12,793 bases of DNA from an uncultured bacterium (GCA_964420375.1 CAYQTK010000115.1:1-12793); one strand, 5' to 3'. Counted from the stretch's first letter, positions 1 to 6,670 are shown. Program-made: numbers and translations. The notes: generated from the sequence alone by a model not told the origin.

Positions 1-674
1 GCCATCTCGGTGTGGTCCTCCAATTGGCTACTGAGGTGGGCCGAGGTCATGGCGTTGAGAATAGAGTCCACGTCCCGGGTGGCATCGTAAATCCTGCCCG
101 TCTTCTCAAGGGTCCTCCGACTCATGGGCTCGAGCACACCCTCCTGGTTCGTCCGGATGGAGGCAAGGTTGGATTCTTCCAGCGCCCACTCGGAAAGGCG
201 TGTGGCCGGCTCGACCCGGTGAACGTCGCCCATGACCACCCGGGTGTCCGCAGCCTGCTTTTTCTCCCCGTAATCATAAGAGCGGAAAGACCGGGTCATG
301 GCGGTGGAGGAACCCACGGACCCCACGTAACTGGGCTTATTGCCGGGTGCTGAACTCTTTACTTTCTTGTGGACCATGGTGCCCAGCCGGCGTGCGCTCA
401 ACTCGTAATAGGGCACGAAGAACAGGCGGGCGGAATGGAAGCGGGATGACTTCAAGAGACCGTCCGGGAAAGCGGACTGGGTGAGGAACTTCTGGAGTAC
501 GCGGCGGGCGTCGTTTTCTTCCAGCACCGGCTTGATATAGTACTCCGGCACTATGTCGGGCCCGTCCACCAGTGACCAGTTCTCGCAATAACGGCATTTC
601 ACCAGTCGCTCCATGCCGCCGACTCCCAGGGTCCCGCCGCAGGTGGGGCAGTTAATGTGCTTTATTCTGGCCAT
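1..674 (-). CDS. Zinc-ribbon protein, 3' end cut by the window edge. It is a paralog of the adjacent 681..1433 product. It starts at the ATG at 674 and the frame stays open through position 1.
   Basis: This ORF is absent from the ORF track because it has no stop inside the window. My hand translation of the minus strand from 674 gives MARIKHINCPTCGGTLGVGGMERLVKCRYCENWSLVDGPDIVPEYYIKPVLEENDARRVLQKFL... with no stop down to position 1. The N-terminal CxxC-x17-CxxC zinc ribbon and the following YY..P.L.E.D block align with the N-terminus of the 681..1433 protein (INCTQCGAG...VRCPYCE...HYYFVPQLLEKD). It lies only 6 nt downstream of the stop of that gene, and TAAGG sits 4-5 nt before the ATG as a possible RBS. 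Confidence 0.6.
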   Translation of the reverse strand, partial: MARIKHINCPTCGGTLGVGGMERLVKCRYCENWSLVDGPDIVPEYYIKPVLEENDARRVLQKFLTQSAFPDGLLKSSRFHSARLFFVPYYELSARRLGTMVHKKVKSSAPGNKPSYVGSVGSSTAMTRSFRSYDYGEKKQAADTRVVMGDVHRVEPATRLSEWALEESNLASIRTNQEGVLEPMSRRTLEKTGRIYDATRDVDSILNAMTSAHLSSQLEDHTEM

Positions 675-680
675 TGAACC

Positions 681-1433
681 TTACCATCCCATCTTTGTCA
701 GGGTTCTTTTGGTGTAGAAGTAGAGCCCCGCTCCGGTGACGGCGTAAGCGGGGATCAACAAAAGGATACCGGGTATGAGAGCCGCTTCCAGGAGGAACAG
801 GCCGATGGCCAGGCCGGTGATCATTCCCAGCACCCGGTCTTTTTGTTTCTGCGGAGCAGGCGGCCACTCGTCGCCAAAGGTGTTTCCGGAGACGGCGTCC
901 ACCAGCGCGCGGTTGTCCGAGTTCCGGCAGGAGTAGCTCACGTCGTAAAAGGGAATATGCACCAGGGCTGCGCCGGAGAACTTTGCCCGGTCCGGGTCCA
1001 TGTCCTGGCGGGCCTCCATGACCGCGTCCTCCAAAGTGAGCTCCTTTTCCACCACCTCTTCTTCTTCGAGGATGCGGTGATCGAAGAGCTTGAGGTCCCC
1101 TGCCGGAAAGGTGTAGCCGTAGAGGTCCTCGATGGGCGGCGGGGCCGCGGGGATGGCCAGTACTCCGCCGGTGGACAGGTTCAGTCTCCAGAAGGGAAAG
1201 TAAATCGTTCGTGCTTGGCTTACGTTTACAGCCTCTTCGATCTCCATGTATGAAAGCTTGCGCCGGATGTTAAGTGCGAGGTCCTTTTCCAGGAGTTGGG
1301 GCACAAAGTAATAGTGCTTGAGGGTCCGGTCGGTATCCACGTAAAGAGCGGTCTCGCAGTAAGGACAACGAACAAACTCGCTGTCCTCCTCGATGGGGAT
1401 GCCCGCCCCGCACTGTGTACAATTTATTTCCAT
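681..1433 (-). CDS. Zinc-ribbon membrane protein of unknown function, with an N-terminal C4 zinc ribbon and two predicted C-terminal TM helices.
   Basis: 250-aa ORF. The N-terminus MEINCTQCGAGIPIEEDSEFVRCPYCETALYV is a CxxC...CxxC zinc ribbon. The C-terminus RVLGMITGLAIGLFLLEAALIPGILLLIPAYAVTGAGLYFY is hydrophobic, consistent with two TM helices. It is paralogous to the partial gene at 1..674. The overlapping + ORF 843..1253 is Arg/Val/Gly-rich shadow. Confidence 0.7.
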   Translation of the reverse strand: MEINCTQCGAGIPIEEDSEFVRCPYCETALYVDTDRTLKHYYFVPQLLEKDLALNIRRKLSYMEIEEAVNVSQARTIYFPFWRLNLSTGGVLAIPAAPPPIEDLYGYTFPAGDLKLFDHRILEEEEVVEKELTLEDAVMEARQDMDPDRAKFSGAALVHIPFYDVSYSCRNSDNRALVDAVSGNTFGDEWPPAPQKQKDRVLGMITGLAIGLFLLEAALIPGILLLIPAYAVTGAGLYFYTKRTLTKMGW

Positions 1434-1477
1434 GGCCCGCCCGCGGCATGGACGCGATCTCCCGCGTCGCTCTAAGA

Positions 1478-1588
1478 CAATTTAATGCGTGCGAGCAGCT
1501 TCAGCCGCGAAAAACTTTTGCTTTACAAGCTTATGCTTATAACACCGTTTTATTGAAATCAATGATCGCGGCTAAAGCCTCTCGCACG
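1478..1588. repeat. Inverted-repeat-bounded ~111 bp element (MITE-like or small-RNA-like), copy 1. The arms are 1478..1500 and 1564..1588, around an AT-rich core.
   Basis: The left arm cgtgcgagcagcttcagccgcga is the near reverse complement of the right arm gatcgcggctaaagcctctcgcacg. The same arm sequence recurs at 6671..6695 and, inverted, at 6783..6806. The core begins aaaacttttgctttacaagc, which resembles the reverse complement of the copy-2 core (aaaaggactgctttttgtaagc). A second interleaved inverted pair sits at aagcttatgctt (1517..1528) and aagcataagcat (1595..1606). Confidence 0.5.
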
Positions 1589-1628
1589 GCAAAGAAGCAT
1601 AAGCATCTGTTCAAGTCGATATTCGGTA

Positions 1629-2789
1629 TCACTCGAGCTTGTTCCCGCAGTTGGGACAGAACTTTGCGCCGGGTTCCACTTCGTTGTTGCAGGAAGGACA
1701 GGTCGGCTTGGCCTCCATGTTCTGGCCGCAGTTGGGACAGAACTTGAAGCCGGCCTGAACCTCGTTGCCGCACTGTGGACAGGCAACGACCTGGATCATC
1801 TTTCCGCCGCAGTTGGGACAGAACTTGGACCCCGCGGGCACCTGCGCCTGGCAGGAGGGACAGGCCTGTACCCGGCCCTGCTGCGCAGCCCCCTGTCCTG
1901 CTGCCTGGCCTGCCTGCTGCCCGGCCTGCTGCATGGACTGGCCGATTACGCCGGGCATCATGAACCCGAGACCCGCTCCTACTCCCATGCCCATGCCTGC
2001 CGAAGCCGCGCTGCCCTCGCCGCCTTCGCCTCCGCGGGCGGCGTCGCGCATGCTTTTGGCTGCCTGGAACTGGGTGAACTTGCCAAGGTCCCCCACTGCT
2101 CCCATGCCGGAACGCTCGTCGATCATCTTCTGGACCTCTTCCGGCGGAGTTATCGACTGGACGAAGAAGTCGATCATCTCCAGGCCGTACTTGGAGAAGT
2201 CGTCTTCCACCCTCGACTTCAAGGCCACGCCGAGCTCGTCGTAGAGTGCGGGCAGGTCGAAGATGGTGTTGAGCTGCTCACCGAGAAGGTCGTTGAGTCG
2301 GGCCACGACCACGTCCCGCAGATAGGTGTCGATCTCGGAGGTGCTGTATTTCCCCTGGGTGCCCACCAGGGTGTTGACGAACAACTGCGGCTCGGTGACC
2401 CTCATGGTGTAGTTTCCAAAAGCCCTGAGCCTTACCAGTCCCAGCTCCGAGTCCCGGAAAGCCACGGGCTCGCGGGTTCCCCACTTCAAGTTGGTGAAGA
2501 CCTTCATGTTGACGAAGATGACTTCCACCCGGAAAGGGGAGTCGGAACCAAACCCCACCAGCCGGGTCAGAACGCCGGTCAGAAGGGGGATGTTCTGGGT
2601 GGACAGGGTATGCCGGCCCGGGCCCATTACGTCCAGGGCCTTGCCGTCCCTGAAGAAGACGGCTTGCTGGTTTTCCCGGACAACGAGCTGGCTGCCGTAC
2701 TTGGTCTCCGCGGAGCCCTGCTCGGGAATCCGGTGGACCATCTCCTCTCCGGTCTCGTCAAAATACTCGATGATGTCCAACATGGCCAT
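1629..2789 (-). CDS. SPFH/band-7 (stomatin/prohibitin/flotillin-like) domain protein with a Gly/Ala/Gln-rich linker and three C-terminal tandem zinc-ribbon repeats. It is of the COG4260 / B. subtilis YdjI type.
   Basis: 386-aa ORF. The N-terminal ~230 aa have the organisation of SPFH-family proteins as I recognise them. A low-complexity linker follows (GGEGGEGSAASAGMGMGVGAGLG...QQAGQQAGQAAGQG). Three 27-aa repeats then carry CPxC-x(10)-FCPNCG (nt 1632..1862, 81-bp period, 20-nt identical core ccgcagttgggacagaactt). The + ORFs 1415..1747 and 1775..1963 overlapping this span are Arg/Pro-rich shadow ORFs. Confidence 0.85.
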   Translation of the reverse strand: MAMLDIIEYFDETGEEMVHRIPEQGSAETKYGSQLVVRENQQAVFFRDGKALDVMGPGRHTLSTQNIPLLTGVLTRLVGFGSDSPFRVEVIFVNMKVFTNLKWGTREPVAFRDSELGLVRLRAFGNYTMRVTEPQLFVNTLVGTQGKYSTSEIDTYLRDVVVARLNDLLGEQLNTIFDLPALYDELGVALKSRVEDDFSKYGLEMIDFFVQSITPPEEVQKMIDERSGMGAVGDLGKFTQFQAAKSMRDAARGGEGGEGSAASAGMGMGVGAGLGFMMPGVIGQSMQQAGQQAGQAAGQGAAQQGRVQACPSCQAQVPAGSKFCPNCGGKMIQVVACPQCGNEVQAGFKFCPNCGQNMEAKPTCPSCNNEVEPGAKFCPNCGNKLE

Positions 2790-2853
2790 CGGCCTCTCCT
2801 TTCCTTGTGCCCGGCCTGCCGCCGGGGCCGATCGTTGTTGCCGCTTTCGTTAT

Positions 2854-3372
2854 TTACTTGGCGGCCCGGGGAAGGCTTCCGGTGGAGTACTGTTCCCGCT
2901 CGCCAAGGGTATTATGGAGGTCCTCGACTTTTTCTTCGAAATCGTAAAGAGCGTCCTGCAGTTCGTTGTCGGGCATGGAAGCCACGTTGTCGGCCTCCCC
3001 GGAAAGAACGTCAACGTACTCGAAAAGCCTGGTGTCGAACTCCAGCAAGGCGGCCAGTTGGTTTTCCGCGACCTCTTCAGGGTCGAAGATGCCACGGTAT
3101 CCCCGCGAGTCGAACTTGATGGTGTCCCGGACCTTCTCGACCTTGCGGGTCGCCCGGTCCAGCTTGTCCAGGTTTTTAAGGCTCCCCTGGTCCACCCGGC
3201 GGGACTTGGCCTTGTCAAGGGTCTTGCGGACCTTGTCCAGCCTGTCCACCAGCTCGTCGCGGATCAGCTTGTCCGCATCGCGCATGCCTTCCCGCTGGAG
3301 GTATACCCGCAGACCGGGAACCCACTTGGAAGCGAAGTCCTGGAGACGTTTCGGAATCGTGGTATATGACAT
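2854..3372 (-). CDS. Highly charged coiled-coil-type hypothetical protein (172 aa). It sits immediately upstream of the SPFH gene in the same orientation.
   Basis: The ORF track shows 2854..3420, but the first 16 codons (MLPSSVAREFFARRRR) lack an RBS. The internal ATG at 3372 (MSYTTIPKRL...) is preceded by GGAGGAGGAGG directly upstream. The protein is rich in K/R/D/E heptad-like segments (LDKVRKTLDKAKSRRVDQGSLKNLDKLDRATRKVEKVRD). A 64-bp gap separates it from the SPFH start. I recognise no family. Confidence 0.55.
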   Translation of the reverse strand: MSYTTIPKRLQDFASKWVPGLRVYLQREGMRDADKLIRDELVDRLDKVRKTLDKAKSRRVDQGSLKNLDKLDRATRKVEKVRDTIKFDSRGYRGIFDPEEVAENQLAALLEFDTRLFEYVDVLSGEADNVASMPDNELQDALYDFEEKVEDLHNTLGEREQYSTGSLPRAAK

Positions 3373-3390
3373 CCTCCTCCTCCTTGCAAA

Positions 3391-3420
3391 GAACTCCCGC
3401 GCAACAGAAGACGGGAGCAA
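3391..3420 (-). terminator. Weak candidate intrinsic terminator downstream of the SRPBCC gene.
   Basis: The minus-strand RNA reads GCUCCCG-ucuucuguugcg-CGGGAG followed by UUCUUUGC. That is a 6-7 bp GC stem with a 12-nt loop and a short, imperfect U-tract. Confidence 0.25.
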
Positions 3421-3427
3421 AACAGGG

Positions 3428-4087
3428 TTATTCCTCGAAACCCGGCTTGGTATAGGTGCCGCCGGACTGCACGTACTTGTAATAGGCTTCCATGTTGACG
3501 GGAAGGTTGCTCTTGGTGAGCCGCTTCATGATGAACTCGGGTATGATGCTGATGACCTCGACCTTGGTGCCGTAGCGGGCCAGGGTCCGGTTCTCGTCAA
3601 GCTTGTAAAGTTTCCAGTAACCGTCGACCCGCTTCATGTCGTTGTCGTACTCGGGGTCCAGGTGCCACCGGAGATGGCAATTCTCGTCATCATAGTGGTG
3701 ATGGACCCGGTAGTCGATGTCGAACATGGCGATCTCCACGTGAAAGTCGACCCTGTCTCCCTCGGGAGTCCTCTTCACCAGCTCGCACTTTTTCAGGTCG
3801 GGAAGGAACCGGTGCTGCATCTCGGTCTGCCGGACCAGCTTCCACGCCTTCTCAATGGGCTGTTCGAATATCATGGCAGCCCGGATATAACGCTTCTGGT
3901 CCCCGCCTTCCTTGCTGGTGTCCTCGTCCATGATCACTATCCCGCCCGACTTGACCTCTTTTATCTGCTCCTTGGAAAGACCTTTCCAGGCCTCGGGATC
4001 GTCGGCATCAGGGACCGCGTGAACGGAAGCCGCCAGTAATAAAAAGACTGTTACCGAGGCGATTTGTTTTACGGTCTTGGTAAGCAT
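3428..4087 (-). CDS. Exported SRPBCC (START/Bet v1/polyketide-cyclase-like) domain protein with an N-terminal signal peptide.
   Basis: The ORF track start at 4093 (MFM...) has AAGGAGG only 1 nt upstream. The second ATG at 4087 (MLTKTVKQIASVTVFLLLAASVHA|VPD) has 7-nt spacing from AAGGAGG, and the protein has a classic n-h-c signal peptide ending in an AxA-like site. The mature ~195 aa, with the His-rich segment YRVHHHYDDENCHLRWHLDPEY, resembles the SRPBCC ligand-binding fold as I recognise it. This is a moderate-confidence family call. Confidence 0.55.
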   Translation of the reverse strand: MLTKTVKQIASVTVFLLLAASVHAVPDADDPEAWKGLSKEQIKEVKSGGIVIMDEDTSKEGGDQKRYIRAAMIFEQPIEKAWKLVRQTEMQHRFLPDLKKCELVKRTPEGDRVDFHVEIAMFDIDYRVHHHYDDENCHLRWHLDPEYDNDMKRVDGYWKLYKLDENRTLARYGTKVEVISIIPEFIMKRLTKSNLPVNMEAYYKYVQSGGTYTKPGFEE

Positions 4088-4130
4088 GAACATTCCTCCT
4101 TATTATCATCTCGATAAGGTTCAAGGTTAG

Positions 4131-4159
4131 ATAATAGCCCATGTCACTGTTGGAGACAA
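4131..4159 (-). promoter_or_regulatory. Putative sigma70-type promoter for the SRPBCC gene.
   Basis: On the minus strand there is TTGTCT (-35, plus 4154..4159), a 17-nt spacer, then TATTAT (-10, plus 4131..4136). It lies ~40 nt upstream of the 4087 start, in an AT-rich 86-bp intergenic gap. Confidence 0.35.
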
Positions 4160-4179
4160 GAATAAACAAGTTCGGTCGA

Positions 4180-4947
4180 TCAGATAAATACCGCATAGAC
4201 AATCAGCTTGATTTTTAACCCGGCGTGCAGGGACAGCGCGGCCATGAACCCCTTGCGGATGTAGAGTTCGCAGAGGACCCATTGGAAGATAAAGGTTGAG
4301 GCCATGGACAGGTGAAGCAGGCCTGGTTCTATCCTTCCCGCCAGCCTGAACCTGTAGTTCATAATAAGCAGGCTCATGACCGTAAACAGGCAGACCACCA
4401 GTATGGCGGGCCAGGGATGCCCTTTGAAGTTATACCAATGGAGAAAGTAGACGCCGATGGTGAGGATGCCGAGGCGGGCGATGACCTCCTGGGAAAAGGC
4501 AGAGCCGAGCACCCATCCCAGAGCCCATTGGCAGGCGGAGGGGAACATCTCCGGTACCTGGTAGATGAGCTTGCGGTCTGCCAGGTAGTACGATGCCGGC
4601 GTTAAAAGCAGACCCAGGATGATCCCCAAAGGCACCCAGAACTTAAGGTCCCGGATATTTCCCAGCCCCGGCAGGTATAGCCGCCTGGCGTAAAGAAGTC
4701 CTACAAGCGAAGAGAGAAGAGCAACAGCGAGAAGGATCAGGGCCTGGCCCACTGCCGCCTTGAAGACCTGCATGTCGGAGACCGGGTCCACGGAAACCCG
4801 GCCGGCCAGCTCCCGGAAACGGTAGAAGAAGTAGGGGCAGGCCATGAACATGGTGAGGCAGGAGAGGACAACGGCTTCCTTGACCCTGGATTTGACCTGG
4901 GAAGGCGTCATGCGATAGAGGCTCTCCAGGGTCTTTTCAAAACGCAT
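4180..4947 (-). CDS. Polytopic integral membrane protein (~7-8 predicted TM segments) of unknown function. It is the last gene of the putative Rrf2-cysK operon.
   Basis: 255-aa ORF with multiple long hydrophobic stretches (ALILLAVALLSSLVGLLY, LGIILGLLLTPASYYL, AILVVCLFTVMSLLIM, ...). It begins 24 bp after the cysK stop. The SQEVIAR...FLHWYN segment loosely recalls CPBP/PrsW-type motifs but the spacing does not fit, so I did not make that call. Confidence 0.6.
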   Translation of the reverse strand: MRFEKTLESLYRMTPSQVKSRVKEAVVLSCLTMFMACPYFFYRFRELAGRVSVDPVSDMQVFKAAVGQALILLAVALLSSLVGLLYARRLYLPGLGNIRDLKFWVPLGIILGLLLTPASYYLADRKLIYQVPEMFPSACQWALGWVLGSAFSQEVIARLGILTIGVYFLHWYNFKGHPWPAILVVCLFTVMSLLIMNYRFRLAGRIEPGLLHLSMASTFIFQWVLCELYIRKGFMAALSLHAGLKIKLIVYAVFI

Positions 4948-4971
4948 GGCGTCCCGCTTTTTAAAAGCCTC

Positions 4972-5898
4972 TCAGCTTGTAAAGCTGAAAAGCCAGGTGG
5001 AGAGGTAACGCTCGCCCGTGTCCGGAAGTATGGCCACTATCCTTTTTCCGGCATTGCCTTTTCTGCGGGCGAGTTCCAGACATGCCCATACAGCGGCGCC
5101 CGAGCTTATCCCGGAGAGGATGCCCTCTTCCGCGGCGAGACGGCGGGCCATCTCTCCTGCGGCCTCGTCGTCCACCGCGATGACCTCGTCCAGGAGCTCC
5201 CGCTCCAGCACCTCCGGAACAAAGCCGGCGCCTATGCCTTGTATCTTGTGTGGTGAAGGAGAGCCGCCGGAGAGAACGGCAGAATTGGCGGGCTCGACAG
5301 CCACCGCCTTGATATCCGGCTTTTTCTTTTTCAAGGCCCGGGCAACGCCGGTTATGGTCCCGCCGGTGCCTACGCCGGCTACTACGACATCGAGCTCTCC
5401 GCCGGTGTCTTCCCATATCTCCATGGCGGTTGTCTTTTCGTGGATGCGCGGGTTGGCCGGGTTGCCGAACTGTCCGGGCATGAAAGCGCCGCGCTTTTGT
5501 ACTATCTCTTCCGCTTTCCTGATTGCGCCGGGCATGCCCTCTTTACCGGGAGTGAGAACCAGCTCCGCGCCCAGGGCCACCAAGAGCTTCCTGCGTTCCA
5601 CGCTCATGGTGTCCGGCATGGTGATGACCAGGTGATAACCCTTGGCGGCCGCGGTCATGGCCAGACCCACTCCGGTGTTGCCGCTGGTGGGCTCAACCAG
5701 GGTCCCGCCGGGCGAAAGCCTGCCCGAAGACTCTGCGTCTTCTATCATGGCCACTGCGATCCGGTCTTTTACCGAACCCGCGGGGTTTCGGCCCTCCTGC
5801 TTTATCACGACCTCCGCGGAAAGCTCGCCGGTGATGTTGTTGAGACGGATCAGCGGAGTCCCTCCGATGGTCCGGGTTATATCTTCGTAAATGTTCAA
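4972..5898 (-). CDS. cysK: Cysteine synthase A (O-acetylserine sulfhydrylase), a PLP-dependent enzyme.
   Basis: 308-aa ORF. The hallmarks are the PLP-lysine motif SVKDRIA, the [10 protein letters not shown] glycine-rich loop, [10 protein letters not shown], and the C-terminal [12 protein letters not shown]. The length and order match CysK as I recognise it. Confidence 0.9.
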   Translation of the reverse strand: MNIYEDITRTIGGTPLIRLNNITGELSAEVVIKQEGRNPAGSVKDRIAVAMIEDAESSGRLSPGGTLVEPTSGNTGVGLAMTAAAKGYHLVITMPDTMSVERRKLLVALGAELVLTPGKEGMPGAIRKAEEIVQKRGAFMPGQFGNPANPRIHEKTTAMEIWEDTGGELDVVVAGVGTGGTITGVARALKKKKPDIKAVAVEPANSAVLSGGSPSPHKIQGIGAGFVPEVLERELLDEVIAVDDEAAGEMARRLAAEEGILSGISSGAAVWACLELARRKGNAGKRIVAILPDTGERYLSTWLFSFTS

Positions 5899-5953
5899 CG
5901 ATTCCTCCTTTTACCCCTTGCCGGGGGAAGCGGTGGAAAACAGTGGAAGGACG

Positions 5954-6397
5954 TCAGATACTGTAGTCCGGCGCTATGTTTGCCTGGTCCATCTCCTGCT
6001 GCCTCTTGAGTAGATCGGCCAGGGTGGTTTTATCCAATACCTCCCGCATGGCCTCGGTGGCCTCCCACCAGTTCTCCAGCATGGAGCACCTGTCGCTTTT
6101 TACGCAGTCGCTCTTGCACTTGGAGGGAAGCTGGTGAAGCTCGCCCTCCAGGGCCTCGATGATCTCGAGAATGGTGATGTCTTCCGGCGGGCGCGTCAGC
6201 CAGTAGCCGCCCTTGGCCCCCCGCACGCTCTCTATCAGGCCGGCCTGGCGGAGGCTTCTAAGAAGCTGTTCAACGTACTTCTCGGAAAAGCCGTGGACCT
6301 CGCACAGGTCCCGCAACAGCACGGAACCCTGTCCGTACCTGGAGCCTAAATCCATCATGGCGTGCATCCCGTAATGTCCCTTGGTGCTGAGTCTCAT
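5954..6397 (-). CDS. Rrf2-family transcriptional regulator (IscR/NsrR/CymR-like) with a three-Cys cluster consistent with Fe-S ligation.
   Basis: The ORF track extends to 6733 (259 aa), but the N-terminal 112 aa run through intergenic repeats with no RBS. The internal ATG at 6397 has GGAG 4 nt upstream and gives a 147-aa protein. It has the canonical Rrf2 N-terminus MRLSTKGHYGMHAMMDLG, the wHTH GGYWL, and Cys residues spaced C-x3-C-x5-C (PSKCKSDCVKSDRC). It is immediately upstream of cysK (58-bp gap). Confidence 0.8.
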   Translation of the reverse strand: MRLSTKGHYGMHAMMDLGSRYGQGSVLLRDLCEVHGFSEKYVEQLLRSLRQAGLIESVRGAKGGYWLTRPPEDITILEIIEALEGELHQLPSKCKSDCVKSDRCSMLENWWEATEAMREVLDKTTLADLLKRQQEMDQANIAPDYSI

Positions 6398-6426
6398 CTC
6401 TCCGTCTTTCTTAAGGTTTTCTTTCT

Positions 6427-6455
6427 CTAATCTAGTTTTACTCGGCAAGGGTGTC
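6427..6455 (-). promoter_or_regulatory. Putative sigma70-type promoter of the Rrf2-cysK operon.
   Basis: On the minus strand there is TTGACA (plus 6450..6455), a 17-nt spacer, then TAGATT (plus 6427..6432). This is ~25 nt upstream of the proposed ATG at 6397. Confidence 0.4.
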
Positions 6456-6498
6456 AAGGAGAACCATTTATTGGGGTGTGCGACATATTTGGTGGTCA

Positions 6499-6548
6499 TT
6501 GCCTCCCGGGTGGCCCACGCAGTTTCGTCCCCGAAACTGCGTGGGTGG
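6499..6548. repeat. Hairpin repeat, copy A. It is a 50-nt element with a perfect 14-bp inverted repeat (CCCACGCAGTTTCG / CGAAACTGCGTGGG, 4-nt loop) followed by a 5-bp mini-hairpin GTGGCaacGCCAC.
   Basis: The sequence is ggtggcccacgcagtttcgtccccgaaactgcgtgggtggcaacgccaca. A near-identical copy (49/50; the only difference is in the loop) sits at 12497..12546. Weaker similarity extends ~30 bp to the right (...tcatg...cccc). It is intergenic, ~45 bp upstream of the proposed Rrf2-cysK -35. Confidence 0.6.
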
Positions 6549-6670
6549 CAACGCCACAGGCTGAACGCCTCCCCATCATGGCCCCCCGGCAGTCGCGATG
6601 GTGGATGCCACAGCCGAAGCAAGTCACATAGTGCTCTGTCACTCGAAAAAAGAGGAAAAAAGCCGACGAA

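Noticed and set aside
12-353. Plus-strand 113-aa ORF opposite the partial zinc-ribbon gene
   Set aside because: It is Arg/Gly/Pro/His-rich (…GHGGGGTHGPHVTG…) with no RBS. It sits entirely antisense to a well-supported ORF with a recognisable zinc-ribbon N-terminus and a paralog next door, so it is a typical high-GC shadow ORF.
2491-4039. Long plus-strand ORFs (2491..3369, 2610..3119, 2966..4039) overlapping the SPFH, coiled-coil and SRPBCC genes
   Set aside because: The composition is biased (Arg/Pro/Ser/Val runs), there are no RBS or signal features, and they overlap three minus-strand genes that carry recognisable domains and RBSs. They are antisense shadow ORFs.
4180-4947. Calling the membrane protein a CPBP/Abi (CAAX-protease-like) or PrsW intramembrane protease
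   Set aside because: I noticed QEVIAR (an EExxxR-like motif) and FLHWYN (FxxxH/HxxxN-like). The spacing between the motifs (~15 aa) and the off-by-one positions do not fit the CPBP pattern, so the protein is left as unknown.
5018-6009. Plus-strand ORFs 5018..5635, 5440..6009 and 5642..5890 opposite cysK
   Set aside because: The CysK reading frame has all catalytic motifs, including the SVKDR PLP lysine. The plus-strand products are Ser/Ala/Pro/Arg-rich low-complexity sequence.
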